A stretch of DNA of 64,000 nucleotides from an uncultured Gemmatimonadales bacterium (GTDB lineage Bacteria > Gemmatimonadota > Gemmatimonadetes > Gemmatimonadales > GWC2-71-9): contig CAWGSK010000011.1 of the NCBI GenBank assembly GCA_963825055.1, forward strand, positions 64,001-128,000, given 5' to 3'. Below are positions 22,484 to 30,397 of this stretch, piece after piece. Position 1 is the first letter of the stretch. The number at the start of each line of letters is the position of its first letter. The notes under the pieces are model-generated. The model was not told the origin of the DNA, searched no databases, and saw only the letters and a program-made list of their open reading frames with translations. The translations under genes were made by a program, and so were the position numbers.

Positions 22484-23725
22484 ATGAGGCGACACGTCGT
22501 CCTGCGCAGCCTGCTGGGAACGGCGCTGCTGGCCGGAGCGCTGCGGCCCGCCGCGGGTCAGACGCAGCCCCTGGATTCCCTGCTCCGCGCCCACCGCCTG
22601 CCCTTGTCCTTCGCGAACGACACACCGTCGGGCCCTGGCTGGAGCTTCATCGTGGAGCAGGCCTCGGCGATGCGGTTCGTGATGATCGGGGAGTCCCACT
22701 ACGTCCGCGAAATTCCGCTCTTCACCAGCCATCTCTTCCATGCGCTCCACGGCCGGGCCGGATTTCAATACCTGGCTGTGGAGGACGGGCCATGGGCGAT
22801 CGGCATGCTGATGCAGCCGGGCGTGCGCGGAGATCGAGCCGCGACCTATGCGCGCGTCGTCCGGTTCCCGAACGCGCTCCAGTTCCTGAATGACCAGGAC
22901 GTCGACCTGCTTGTCGCTGTGGGCGGGATGTCGTCTGGTGGCAGTAACGCGGTCTGGGGACTGGACCAGACCTGGGGCGTGATGCATATCCTGGAGCGGT
23001 TGCAGGCACTGGCAGCCTCTCCTGCGAAGGTGGCGGCCGTGGAACGGATAGCGGCCCGGGCGCGACCCGTGGAAGCCAATCGGCCGGACGAGAACAACCC
23101 CCGCTTCATCACACAGGGCCTGACGAAGGATGATCTCGACACGCTGCGCGCCGCCATTGCGGATGCGCCGCCCGAGGCGACCCGCCTGCTGGACATGCTC
23201 GAGACATCGTCCGAGATCTACGGCGCGCGCACTGATGGCCCCGCGATCTACCGGGCCAATGACCGACGCGAGCGATACATGAAGTCGCGGTTCGTCCAGG
23301 CCTACGATGCCGCGCGTGCCGCAGGCGATCCGGCACCGCGCGTTCTCCTCAAGTTCGGGCACTGGCACGCCATCCGGGGCGTACTCAACTGGGGCGACAT
23401 ACAGCCCCTGGGCACGTTCGTATCGGAGCTCGCTCATCGAGAGGGTGGGGAGTCACTGCACATCTGGACCGGACTGGTGGACGAGCCGGGCCGGTACTGG
23501 ACGCTCTACGATTCGCCGGACTACGTGCCGCTGGCCAGGGCCGGCAGTACGGACGGGTGGTGGGTGGTTGACCTGCGGGAGGTCCGGCCCCTGGTGGCAG
23601 CCGGGAAGGTGGACGGGGTCAACGACGAGATGCGGCGGATCATCTTCGGTTTCGATCTCGCCCTGCTGATCGGCAACGGCAACCGCGCCACCTACGACCA
23701 GCTGATGAAGGCCGCCGGGCAGTAA
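22484..23725 (+). CDS. Secreted EreA/ChaN-like (erythromycin-esterase superfamily) protein
   Basis: Signal peptide; MIGESH, YLAVED, WGLDQ, RERYM, KFGHWH match the EreA/ChaN/TraB layout. Confidence 0.55.
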   Translation: MRRHVVLRSLLGTALLAGALRPAAGQTQPLDSLLRAHRLPLSFANDTPSGPGWSFIVEQASAMRFVMIGESHYVREIPLFTSHLFHALHGRAGFQYLAVEDGPWAIGMLMQPGVRGDRAATYARVVRFPNALQFLNDQDVDLLVAVGGMSSGGSNAVWGLDQTWGVMHILERLQALAASPAKVAAVERIAARARPVEANRPDENNPRFITQGLTKDDLDTLRAAIADAPPEATRLLDMLETSSEIYGARTDGPAIYRANDRRERYMKSRFVQAYDAARAAGDPAPRVLLKFGHWHAIRGVLNWGDIQPLGTFVSELAHREGGESLHIWTGLVDEPGRYWTLYDSPDYVPLARAGSTDGWWVVDLREVRPLVAAGKVDGVNDEMRRIIFGFDLALLIGNGNRATYDQLMKAAGQ

Positions 23726-23947
23726 CCCTCCAGCGGTTTTGCCGTCCGTGGCCAGCCTGGCCTTCGGTCGGCGAGGTCAGGTGACCTGGAGGGCGAGGCG
23801 CTTCGACGAAGCAGTCAGGTCGCAGGGGACAGCGGTGACATGCCCCACAGTCGCAGGCGAAACCTCGATGTACCTTGCTGTAACGGGGCGGCCGGCCCAC
23901 GCCCGGATCGCCCGAATGACCCCGGACCCCCACAGGAGCGCATTCTC

Positions 23948-24214
23948 ATGGAGATCATCGGCTTTCTCGTTTTCGGCCTGGTCGTCGGCGCACTGGCACG
24001 GCTCATCAAGCCGGGCCGGCAGAACCTGAGCCTGATGGCGACCCTGTTGCTCGGCGTGGTGGGATCGGTCATCGGGGGCATCATCGCCAGCTTCCTCGGC
24101 ACCGGCAGCATCATGGAGCTCAACGTCCTCGGCTCGATCGTCGCGATCATCTCCGCCGTGCTGCTGATCGGCGTGGCTGAGGGAATGTCGGGCGGGAAGC
24201 GCCCGCCGGCCTGA
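23948..24214 (+). CDS. GlsB/YeaQ/YmgE family stress-response membrane protein
   Basis: GLVVGALARLIKPG, TLLLGVVGSVIGG; AGGAG RBS. Confidence 0.9.
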   Translation: MEIIGFLVFGLVVGALARLIKPGRQNLSLMATLLLGVVGSVIGGIIASFLGTGSIMELNVLGSIVAIISAVLLIGVAEGMSGGKRPPA

Positions 24215-24219
24215 GAAGG

Positions 24220-24879
24220 GTGACGCCCTTCCAGCGGCAGGTGCGCGCCAGGGTCATCCAGGAGCTCCGTGACCGGTCACACGCGCCGTCGGTTGCGGAG
24301 CTCGAGGCGGGCCTCGATGCCACCGCAGCCGCGGTGCGCCAGGCCCTTCATGCGCTGGTGGATGCTCATCGGCTCGCGCTCCTCCCGGACTCCGATACCA
24401 TATGGATGGCCCACCCCTTCTCGGCTCTCCCGACCGTGCATGCCGTCCGCATCGGCAACCGCCGGTGGTATGCCAACTGCGCCTGGGACGGGCTGGCCAT
24501 CCTCGCGCTGCTCGGCGACGGAACGTTTGCAACCCGATGTCCCGCCAGCGACGAACCGATGGAGTACGAGGTCTATGGCCACCAGGTCCGCGGCACCGGA
24601 CTCGTGCATTTCCTGGTCCCGGCCCGTTCATTCTGGGATGATATCGGTTTCACCTGAGCCACCATCTCGGCGTTCCGGTCGGAACGCGCGCTGCACGAAT
24701 GGCTGGCATCGAAGGAGTACACGCCGGGTGCAACCGTGACCCCCCAGGCCCTCTACGACCTGTCGGTGGACTGGTACGCAAACCGGCTGGAGACCGACTG
24801 GCAGCCGGCGACGGCCGCCCAGGCACAGGCCATCCTCTCGCGCCATGGCCTGACCGGACCGTTCTGGACGCTGGCCTGA
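24220..24879 (+). CDS. MerB-like organometallic (alkylmercury) lyase, probable selenoprotein (UGA at 24655-24657 = Sec146; 219 aa)
   Basis: N-terminal HTH, MAHPFS, YANCAWD (Cys/Asp), WDDIGFT-TGA-ATISAFRSE; frame stays open to TGA 24877-24879 and encodes ...DWYANRLETDWQP...HGLTGPFWTL. Confidence 0.85.
24670..24687 (+). promoter_or_regulatory. Bacterial SECIS element (putative)
   Basis: GCGTTCC-GGTC-GGAACGC: 7-bp stem with GGUC loop starting 13 nt after the in-frame UGA. Confidence 0.75.
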
Positions 24880-24887
24880 CCATGATT

Positions 24888-24910
24888 CCCGGGGTCGCTA
24901 CGACCCCGGG
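24888..24910. terminator. Hairpin between convergent genes
   Basis: CCCGGGGTCG-CTA-CGACCCCGGG, perfect 10-bp stem; no U-tract. Confidence 0.45.
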
Positions 24911-26361
24911 CGCTGCAGGTATTCCCCGCTGAGTGAGTCGTAGACGCCGATCAGCGGCAACACGTTGCCCTGGTCATCGAACAGCCTGCCGCCCCACGAG
25001 ATCGGCTCCCAGATGGCCGCTCCCTTCCCCATGTCATCGGGAAGGCCGAATACGATGTCGTGCACCTCCCGTTTGAAGTCGGAATATTCCACCACGTTGA
25101 GCGGCTTGTGGTAGCGACCGGCCAGGTCGTGCAGGTTGGCGTTCAGGTCCTCCAGGGTGCCGTGCCAGCGGGGATAGTAGGACAGGCCGATGATGTCGAA
25201 CCGGACTCCCCGCGCCAGCATGTTGTCCAGCCAGAAGCGCGCCTCGGCGTTCTGCCCCCCAAGCGCGATGTGCATCATCACCGGGATGGCCGGATCTACC
25301 GCCTCCACGCCGTCCACTCCTGCCCGCAGCAGGCCCGCCAGCTGGTCCGGCTGGTCGATATGGCCGACCGGCCAGAGGAGGCCGTGATTGATCTCGTTCC
25401 CGACCTGGACCATGTCCGGAAGCGTGCCCTGCGCCTCCAGCGCCCGCAGTACGCGGGCCGTGTAGGTGCGCATGGAGTCCTGGAGCGCAGGATAGTCCGC
25501 CTCCGCCCACGCCAGCGGAATATTCTGCTGCTGCGGGTCGGCCCAGTAGTCACTGTAATGGAAATCGAGCAGAAGCTTGAGGCCGGCCGCCTTGACCCGT
25601 CGTGCCATGCTCAGGGTCGAGTCCAGCCCGCAGAAGCCGATGCCGGGGGAATACCCCTTCGGGTTCTCGGGATTCACGAAGATGCGCAGCCGGATGTAAT
25701 TGAAGCCGTGTCGCTTCAGGAGTTCGATCGCGTCCACCTTCTCCCCGTTTTCAAACACCCCCCCCGGTCCGCGGGAGAACCGGCCGGCCCGGTTTTCGAT
25801 CTCGGGGAGCCAGGAAATGTCCGCACCGATCATGCGATCGATGGGCTTGACGGTGGGCGGAAGCTGGTCGGACGCCGGGGTCATCAGCCGGACGTCTGCG
25901 GGGATGGTGTGGATTTCGTGCGCGCCCGGGTACAGGTGATCCGAGCGGGCTTCCACTTTTACCCGGTCCTGGGAGGTGCCGGCGCGCAGGCCCAGCCAGC
26001 GGGTCCCGTGGTCCAGGACCAGTGCGGCATACCGGGAACCCCCGGTGTCCGCCTCCATCGGCAGGGGCTCTCCGCCCCGCGACACGAGCGTGCCGTCCCC
26101 GGTCAGGTAGATCCGGACCGAGTCGCTCGCCGAGGTGATCTCCCGTCCCTGGCTGTCCGTCACGGCCACCCGGAGGCGGGTCGAGTCCGTCCCGTTGGCG
26201 CGGAGCGTGGTGCTGTAGCTCGTGAGCATGACAGCCAGAGGCGTGCCCGAGTCCACCCGGCTGGTCGCGGAGAAATCCGGCTGAGCGGCAGGGGCCCGGC
26301 CCCCGCATCCGGGCAGCGCGAGTGCCCAGAGCGCCGCCGCAGCGAACGGCAATGTCCTCAT
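24898..26361 (-). CDS. GH53 endo-1,4-beta-galactanase lipoprotein with N-terminal Ig-like domain
   Basis: GADISW, NYIRLRIFVNP, LLLDFHYSDYWADP, QVGNEI, GLSYYP, VVEY; lipobox LPGC. Confidence 0.9.
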   Translation of the reverse strand: MRTLPFAAAALWALALPGCGGRAPAAQPDFSATSRVDSGTPLAVMLTSYSTTLRANGTDSTRLRVAVTDSQGREITSASDSVRIYLTGDGTLVSRGGEPLPMEADTGGSRYAALVLDHGTRWLGLRAGTSQDRVKVEARSDHLYPGAHEIHTIPADVRLMTPASDQLPPTVKPIDRMIGADISWLPEIENRAGRFSRGPGGVFENGEKVDAIELLKRHGFNYIRLRIFVNPENPKGYSPGIGFCGLDSTLSMARRVKAAGLKLLLDFHYSDYWADPQQQNIPLAWAEADYPALQDSMRTYTARVLRALEAQGTLPDMVQVGNEINHGLLWPVGHIDQPDQLAGLLRAGVDGVEAVDPAIPVMMHIALGGQNAEARFWLDNMLARGVRFDIIGLSYYPRWHGTLEDLNANLHDLAGRYHKPLNVVEYSDFKREVHDIVFGLPDDMGKGAAIWEPISWGGRLFDDQGNVLPLIGVYDSLSGEYLQRPGS

Positions 26362-26440
26362 GATTCCCTCCCGGTCCGAGTATAGCGCGGTGGGGCGCGT
26401 CGGGACAGCGCACCCGGCTGCTGGCGGGCGGGCGCCCGGA

Positions 26441-26449
26441 TGCTAGAAT
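26441..26449 (+). promoter_or_regulatory. Extended -10 (TGcTAGAAT) for leaderless luxR transcript
   Basis: TAGAAT ends 7 nt before GTG 26456. A divergent TATACT lies on the minus strand at 26379-26384 for GH53. Confidence 0.5.
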
Positions 26450-26455
26450 TGGGGG

Positions 26456-26902
26456 GTGCGCAAGTCCGTCCTCCTTTACGGCATCCTCGGCGGCGCCCTG
26501 ATCGCGCTGCTCAATGCCATCGAGTACCGCTATCTCGTCGTCGAGCATTCGGCGGCGATCTACGGCGGGCTGGTGGCACTGGTGTTCGCCACCCTCGGCA
26601 TCTGGCTCGGCCTTCGCCTCACGGGCCGGAGGGAACGGGTGGTCCTCCGGGAGATCCCGGTACCCGCCCCCGTGCCATTCACCAGAAACGAAGCGACCGT
26701 GTCCGCCACCGGGATCACGCCGCGCGAGCTGGAGATCCTCGAGTTCATCGCCGGGGGCCTGAGCAACCGGGAAATCGCCGAGCGGGCCTTCGTCAGCGAG
26801 AATACGGTCAAGACCCACTCCCGGCGGGTGTTCGAGAAACTCGGCGTCCGGCGGCGGACCCAGGCAGTCCAGCGGGGGAAGCAACTTGGGCTGATTCCGT
26901 AG
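26456..26902 (+). CDS. Membrane-anchored LuxR-family transcription factor (no receiver domain)
   Basis: Two N-terminal TM helices; ITPRELEILEFIAGGLSNREIAERAFVSENTVKTH. Confidence 0.9.
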   Translation: MRKSVLLYGILGGALIALLNAIEYRYLVVEHSAAIYGGLVALVFATLGIWLGLRLTGRRERVVLREIPVPAPVPFTRNEATVSATGITPRELEILEFIAGGLSNREIAERAFVSENTVKTHSRRVFEKLGVRRRTQAVQRGKQLGLIP

Positions 26903-26909
26903 GCTGTGG

Positions 26910-26965
26910 GTCACCCGAAGGAGGGATTGTCCCGGTGTCCGGCGGAAATCACCCCAACGGGTGAT
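26910..26965. promoter_or_regulatory. Tandem palindromic operators upstream of DUF4199
   Basis: ATCACCC-CAAC-GGGTGAT (26948-26965, perfect) and GTCACCC-GAAG-GAGGGAT (26910-26927, imperfect). Confidence 0.55.
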
Positions 26966-27034
26966 GCGCGGACCGGGTGAGCGGCCCATACTGCCCGGGC
27001 ATATTCGGCTCACCCCTCACCGACGGAGTGTCAC

Positions 27035-27574
27035 ATGCAGCGCATTGTCTGGACCTTCGGCCTGATCGCCGGGGCCATCCTGGCGGCCCTGATGGCCGTC
27101 ACCATGCCGTTCGCCGAGAAGATTGGCGATATGGCGTACGTCGTCGGCTACACCAGCATGGTTCTGGCCTTCCTGATGGTGTATTTCGGCATCCGGTCGT
27201 ACCGTGATACGCTTGGGGGCGGCGCGGTACGCTTCGGGAAGGCGTTCACGGTCGGCCTGTTCATCACGCTGATCGCCTCCGCCTGTTACGTGCTGGCCTG
27301 GGAGGTCATCTCCCGCACCATGCTGCCGGACTATGCCGACCGGTATGCCGCGGCTGCAGTGGCGAAAACGGAGGCGTCGGGCGCCTCACCGACAGAGATC
27401 GAGGCCCGGCGCGCGGAGATGGCCAGGTTTGTCGAGTCCTACCGGAATCCCCTGTTCCGGGCCGGCATGACGTTCCTGGAGGTCTTTCCGGTGGGTCTGG
27501 TGGTGGTGCTGGTGAGCGCCGGCGTCCTCAGCCGGCGCCGCGGGGCACCCACACCCGAGACGGCGGAGGCCTGA
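27035..27574 (+). CDS. DUF4199 family membrane protein
   Basis: GYTSMVLAFLMVYFGIRSYRD...FGKAF, PDYADRY, YRNPLF..TFLEVFPVG. Confidence 0.85.
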   Translation: MQRIVWTFGLIAGAILAALMAVTMPFAEKIGDMAYVVGYTSMVLAFLMVYFGIRSYRDTLGGGAVRFGKAFTVGLFITLIASACYVLAWEVISRTMLPDYADRYAAAAVAKTEASGASPTEIEARRAEMARFVESYRNPLFRAGMTFLEVFPVGLVVVLVSAGVLSRRRGAPTPETAEA

Positions 27575-27589
27575 GCGGCTCGGCGACCG

Positions 27590-28165
27590 ATGAAAACCCA
27601 GTACTACACCGCTTCCAGCCTGGACGGTTTCCTCGCCGATCCCGACGATTCCCTCGAGTGGCTCTTCCCGCTCGGCGACATCAATGACACCAGCTACCCG
27701 TCGTTCATCCGGGACGTCGGGGCGCTCGCCATGGGTTCGAGTACCTACGAATGGATGCTGCGGCACGTTATCGCTCCCGACGCGGACCCGCCCCGGGCCT
27801 GGCCCTACGAGCAGCCCGCGTGGGTATTCACCACGCGCAGCCTGCCATCGGTGCCGGGCGCCGACATCCGCTTCGTCCGGGGCGACGTCCGGCCGGTGCA
27901 TGCCGCCATGGTTGCCGCGGCCGGCGGGAAGAATCTATGGATCGTCGGGGGCGGAGACCTGGCCGGCCAGTTCCATGACCATGGCCTGCTGGACGAGCTG
28001 TTCGTGCAGGTGGCCTCGGTGACCCTGGGAGCCGGAAAACCGCTCCTGCCGAGGACCATCACGAGTCCTCCCCTCCGCCTGATATCCGTACGTGCGGTCG
28101 GAACCGGGTTTGCGGAACTCCACTATGAAGTCCCTCGACCGCGCGGCGCCTCGACTGCCCCTTAG
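27590..28165 (+). CDS. Dihydrofolate reductase/RibD C-terminal family protein
   Basis: YYTASSLDGFLAD, MGSSTYEW, WIVGGGDLAGQF, LGAGKPL. Confidence 0.9.
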   Translation: MKTQYYTASSLDGFLADPDDSLEWLFPLGDINDTSYPSFIRDVGALAMGSSTYEWMLRHVIAPDADPPRAWPYEQPAWVFTTRSLPSVPGADIRFVRGDVRPVHAAMVAAAGGKNLWIVGGGDLAGQFHDHGLLDELFVQVASVTLGAGKPLLPRTITSPPLRLISVRAVGTGFAELHYEVPRPRGASTAP

Positions 28166-28178
28166 AGGAGAGGCAAAC

Positions 28179-28827
28179 ATGCTCCAGATGGTCTGCCCTG
28201 TCCTGGCGTGCGACACCCGGGACAACGACCGCCAGCGGGGCGTTACATCATCTACCTGCACGCCAGGATGCTGGAGGGGGCGGCCGCCAGCCAGCTGATC
28301 CCGACTACGGCACTTACGAGTACGAGGCGATCCTCGACAGCCTCCGGCGGCCCGGCTACCGGGTGCTGAGCGACCAGCGCCCGCCCGGACTGGCCATTGA
28401 TACGTTCGTTACGGCTCTCACGCGCCAGGTGGACAGCCTGCTCAGAACCGGGGTATCGCCGCAGGCGATCACGGTCGTCGGCTTCTCCCGTGGCGCGGCC
28501 ATCGCCATCCTGGCGTCATCCCGCCTCCACAACCCCGCCATCAACTACGTCTTCATGGCGGGATGCGGAGACTGGGCCTTCGAGCTGCCTGACCTGCATG
28601 TCACGGGTCGTATTCTTTCCATGTATGAGACGAGCGACTCCCTCGGGGTTTCGTGCGCTCCCCTCTTTGCACGTGCGGGCCCGGGTCGGTCGTCCAGGAG
28701 GTCCCGCTCAGCCTCGGGCTGGGCCACGGCACGTTTTTCCAGCCGCGAACCGCCTGGCTTGCGCCGGCGCTGGCGTGGGCCGCCGGGCATGAACCACCGC
28801 GCACGGGGTCTCCCCAGGCCCGAATGA
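28179..28827 (+). CDS. Alpha/beta hydrolase; several frameshifts
   Basis: YIIYLH, DYGTYEYEAIL, ITVVGFSRGA nucleophile elbow and GHGTFF found in different frames. Confidence 0.55.
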
Positions 28828-28854
28828 ACTGACCCAGCGGAACGGAGCGGTCCC

Positions 28855-29293
28855 ATGGCCATGAATCCCCGCACCTGGTACCCCATCGCCGCCGTCCTGA
28901 CGGCGGTCAACGTCGCCGGCGTCGCCTTTGCCGTCCTGCCCGGCGAGCCATGGCACGCCACGCTGCACGCGGTGCTTGCCGTTGGCTGCGGCGTCTGGGC
29001 ACAGAGCCTTCGGATGCGCAGGGCGGGCCGGAAAGCTGGAGGAAGGTGACGAGGCCCGACAGCTCGACGTCCGGGACGATGTCGATGACCTCCGCGGTGA
29101 AATGGCCGAGTTGCAGGAACGGCTGGACTTCACCGAGCGACTCCTGAACCAGGCGCGCGAGGAAGGCCGGCAGCAGCGGCGCCACTACTCTAATTCCCCT
29201 TCGGCTCATCCGGCCAACGCCGAAACCGCTCTGCACTCCCGGATTACGGATCGTACCGCAGGACGGCCCCGACGTCGGACATGTTCCCGTTGA
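28855..29293 (+). CDS. Small 2-TM plus coiled-coil protein; frameshift near 29030, end uncertain
   Basis: TM hairpin in one frame, AELQERLDFTERLL in the next. Confidence 0.5.
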
Positions 29294-30342
29294 TGGAGAT
29301 GAACACAGACCCGGTGGGACCGACGGCGACTCCCGTCGCGGCGGGCAGTCCGGTCACCACAGTGGTCCGCGTCCCGTCACCGGCGAGATGGATCAGCTGG
29401 CCGGGGCCGGCGAAGAAGACCGGACCGCCCGCGAACTCGAGCACGTACATGCCGCCATCGGGTCCGAACGCGAAGTCGGTCACGGTCTTGAATCCGCCGG
29501 CGAAGAGCACCGGCGCCTGCCCCGGAACGACGCGATAGATCGCGCCGGCCCCGGCCACGAACGGCACGCCCGAGAGAGTGCTGACATAGAGAGCGCCGTC
29601 AGGGCCGCGCTGCACCTCGGTCGGGACCGCCTCCGACTGCAGGAAGGGCGGCGGAGCGGGCGTGCGGGGGAATGTCGCGACGAGCGTCGCGGCCCCGTTG
29701 GCACCGATCTCCAGCAGCGAGTTCCCCCCGGCATCGGTCACGAACCGCCGGGATGGTTCCACCAGGAGCCCGTACGGGTTGGAATCGACGGGCCCGCCAT
29801 CCGGATTCTGGTCCCCCTCGAATCCCGAGATGTCGACAAGCGACTTCCACCTCCCGGAAGGACGGAGCTGCACCAGGAAGCCCAGCCCCTCGCCTGCACT
29901 GCCGAGGCCTTGGCGAATGGAGGGGTCTCCACCCCATCCGAGAGTCACGAAAGCGGTGCCAAGACCGAGAAAGCCGATGTCGTTCGGCCCGGTGACGTCG
30001 CCCGCCGTCGTATTCACGATGGATGGCAGGCCACTGGCGACCCGTTCCTGATGGCCCTTCCACAGGCGGGTGACCGCCCCGCTTCCGCTGTAGCAGTTGG
30101 GGCCGCGGACCACGACCGCACACGGGCCGCGGACGACATGATCACCGGGCGGCGACATAGAGCGTCCCTAGGCACCTGGCCAGCTGGCGGGGGTTGTCCA
30201 GCCGGGACATCACCACCGGGAGACTGGCGCCGGAGACCGCGAAAGTGGGCCGAGAGGGGGAGGGATCGGGCGACGTGGGGGCCACCTCCCCGCAGGCGGC
30301 AAGCAGGAGGGTACCGATGACCAAGGGATGCATTCGAGACAT
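29244..30342 (-). CDS. ScyD/ScyE family beta-propeller lipoprotein; frameshifts near 30110-30170
   Basis: Lipobox LAAC, LDNPRQL, NPDGGPVDSNPYG, VTDAGGNSL, EAVPT.V..GPDGALYV. Confidence 0.8.
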
Positions 30343-30397
30343 GTGAGACTCCGGTTGAGGAATGAGCGAGATTGCTGTCCGGCCGCGGCCAGTGCCG

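Noticed and set aside
24220..24657. Truncated 145-aa merB pseudogene
   Set aside because: In-frame homologous continuation and a SECIS-like hairpin favour Sec read-through.
29244..30342. Scytonemin biosynthesis cluster
   Set aside because: Only a ScyD/E-family propeller is present; no scyA/B/C or trp genes, and the family is widespread.
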